Source: Pocillopora damicornis
Lineage: Eukaryota
DNA: 64,000 nucleotides
Assembly (NCBI RefSeq): GCF_003704095.1
Contig: NW_020844871.1
Span: forward strand, 1 to 64,000
Reading direction: 5' to 3'
The translations under genes were made by a program, and so were the position numbers. Under the pieces are notes generated by a model. The model was not told the origin of the DNA and ran no database searches. It worked only from the letters and a program-made list of their open reading frames with translations. Shown here one piece after another: positions 62,189-64,000 of the stretch (position 1 is the stretch's first letter; every line of letters begins with the position of its first letter).

Positions 62189-63265
62189 ATGGCGTGGAGA
62201 ACATTTCGAGATGTCTATTCCGAGGACAACAATTTTCTCATAGGGGAGGACTTCATGACTGATCGTCTTCGTAGAGAAGCGAGACAGCTTCATCTCAGCA
62301 AATTTAAAACAACCCGCCGTGAGGCACATTTTGCCAGGTACAGTAACTCTTTTCTGAAGTGCGACTTGGAGCGAACGAATGATCGAATTGAACAAGAGAG
62401 GCAATTGAGGTCTGCAGAAATGGAGAGAGAACGAGCGGTTTTTGTGAAGCAAGCTGAAAGACGAAGAAAAATAGTCCCTCGAAAATTAAGTGATAACAAT
62501 TCAAAGACAGCTTTTGCTACAACTGAAAAACTAGGAAGCATGGATGCACCTGATGAAGGGGATGGGGCTAAAAGTCTTCAAAATCACAGCCGGATTGTAC
62601 GCCAAAGTAATCAGGGTTTTAGACAGAGTATAATAAGCCAGAGCGCGTCACGCGCGTCAAGTTTTGAAGGAAAACGCGATTTGGGGAAGGAGATTGAACA
62701 AACTGCGGCGATAAACGGCCGTCTTGAAGTAAGATCTGTGATGAGCATCGAGAATGAGAAATCTATTTTTAATCATGAAGGCACCGTTGATGAGGAGACG
62801 AACTCTGATCAAATCAATAATTCAGAAAATGCTGAATCTGAGAAAAAGGGAGGATCTGAAAAGGAGAATCCACCTGTTTTGCCTGGGTCAGAATCAGGAT
62901 CAGAACAAAATTTAACAATCACGTCGGCTCGAAGCCCTACACCAAAAACACGGAATGCAAGAGCCTCGCTTTTGAACCGAAGGAAGTCTAGCAGTGCAAA
63001 ACTTCCACCGGCGGTGACCGTGAAGAAAATAAAAACCAAATCTGCACACGAGAGATGGATTTGGGGAGAGTTTGACAAAATTATGAAGGGCTTCGCAGAT
63101 TTTTTACAGATAGAGCACGTGCGAGTCAATATGAAGCAAGAAGCTGCTATGGAAAAGGATGTTCGGACCAAACCAGCACAAAAGATATCTCTTAATTCAA
63201 TGCAGACTCTCAGTCCACTGTTCTTTCGTTACGGAGTGTCGGATCAAATAGCATTTCGCTTTTAA
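62189..63265 (+). CDS. Uncharacterised ~358-aa protein with an N-terminal coiled-coil-like segment
   Basis: Long ORF with first ATG at 62189. An E/R-rich helical stretch (LERTNDRIEQERQLRSAEMERERAVF) is followed by a low-complexity region. Confidence 0.65.
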   Translation: MAWRTFRDVYSEDNNFLIGEDFMTDRLRREARQLHLSKFKTTRREAHFARYSNSFLKCDLERTNDRIEQERQLRSAEMERERAVFVKQAERRRKIVPRKLSDNNSKTAFATTEKLGSMDAPDEGDGAKSLQNHSRIVRQSNQGFRQSIISQSASRASSFEGKRDLGKEIEQTAAINGRLEVRSVMSIENEKSIFNHEGTVDEETNSDQINNSENAESEKKGGSEKENPPVLPGSESGSEQNLTITSARSPTPKTRNARASLLNRRKSSSAKLPPAVTVKKIKTKSAHERWIWGEFDKIMKGFADFLQIEHVRVNMKQEAAMEKDVRTKPAQKISLNSMQTLSPLFFRYGVSDQIAFRF

Positions 63266-63571
63266 ACGGTGGTGGTTTCAAAAATTTTTTCGACAGTGTT
63301 GCATTGTGGGCTGGTTTCTGTAGCTGTTGAGCGGTACATACAAGCTGCTGACTTAAAGCACCTAATTAGCCACAAAGCGGCAGCAATACCACGTCCATAT
63401 TTGCTTTGTCATCGACCTTTCCATGGACATTAAAATGGACTCACTAGAGCGGTCAAATTTAACGATAGCTTATGATCCGGCCCTCATTATTATTAGCACT
63501 GCAAAACGCGCGTTTCTACGCGCGGAAAGATTAAGAAGAGTCGGGGAGAGCTTTAATTTGCTGGGGGTCTG

Positions 63572-63760
63572 GAAATCATCATCAGTGCCAGGCCCCTTGA
63601 AGACCCCTCACCGACTAGCGTCTCTCAGGCCACATACTGGTTGGCCCGTGCCGAAGCGCTAACGAGAAATCATTATCAGTGCCAGGCCCCTTGAAGACCC
63701 CTCACCGACTAGCGTCTCTCAAGGCCACATACTGGTTGGCCCGTGCCGAAGCGCCAACGA
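63572..63760. repeat. Direct tandem duplication, 94-bp unit x2
   Basis: gaaatcatcatcagtgccaggccccttgaag...gtgccgaagcgc starts at 63572 and again at 63666. Confidence 0.9.
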
Positions 63761-64000
63761 GGAAGGCCTGTTTGTTCAATGACTTTTATGTGTTTTTCGC
63801 GCCACGCATTTTAAGTAAGGTGTGCTACGGGAACCAAACCGCAAATTCTGAAATGTCTATTTTTTTTTTTGCTTCCGGGTTGCGAACTGAAGGGTACCCC
63901 TGTCAGTACTTTAGGTGATTCATTAGATGGTTGCTGACTTATTTTGAGCAGTGTTGCACCGCTTGTAGCACCGCTTATTTTAAGTTGATCGTTTTGCACG

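Noticed and set aside
46002-63171. Antisense and overlapping ORFs over the long plus-strand ORFs (e.g. 46002-46412, 50432-50947, 62809-63171)
   Set aside because: They are shadow frames of coding regions with no independent support.

Overview
Eukaryotic, intron-containing DNA with many N gaps. The gene content and repeat families look like a stony coral (Scleractinia, possibly Pocillopora; this is inference). From left to right: fragments of a TTC28-like TPR-repeat gene (1-2298), a histone H2B C-terminal fragment, then a compact three-gene unit, followed by PDE9 (-), PLEKHM1 (+), MRPL47 (-), three long single-exon ORFs of unknown function and an ankyrin-repeat gene. Many TTAA-flanked MITEs and a few tRNA-derived SINEs are scattered through the window. 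The main finding is the three-gene unit at 9.2-18.1 kb. A 5-exon cytochrome P450 (-) sits head-to-head, 483 bp apart, with a 2-exon tRNA-dependent cyclodipeptide synthase (CDPS, NYH type, +), and an ENT/SLC29 transporter with an intronless CDS follows. The P450 has a non-canonical I-helix (ILLLNIDVS) that recalls the diketopiperazine-hydroxylating GliC-type fungal P450s. This looks like an animal-encoded biosynthetic gene cluster for oxidised diketopiperazines. Exon structures were read by hand and no searches were run.
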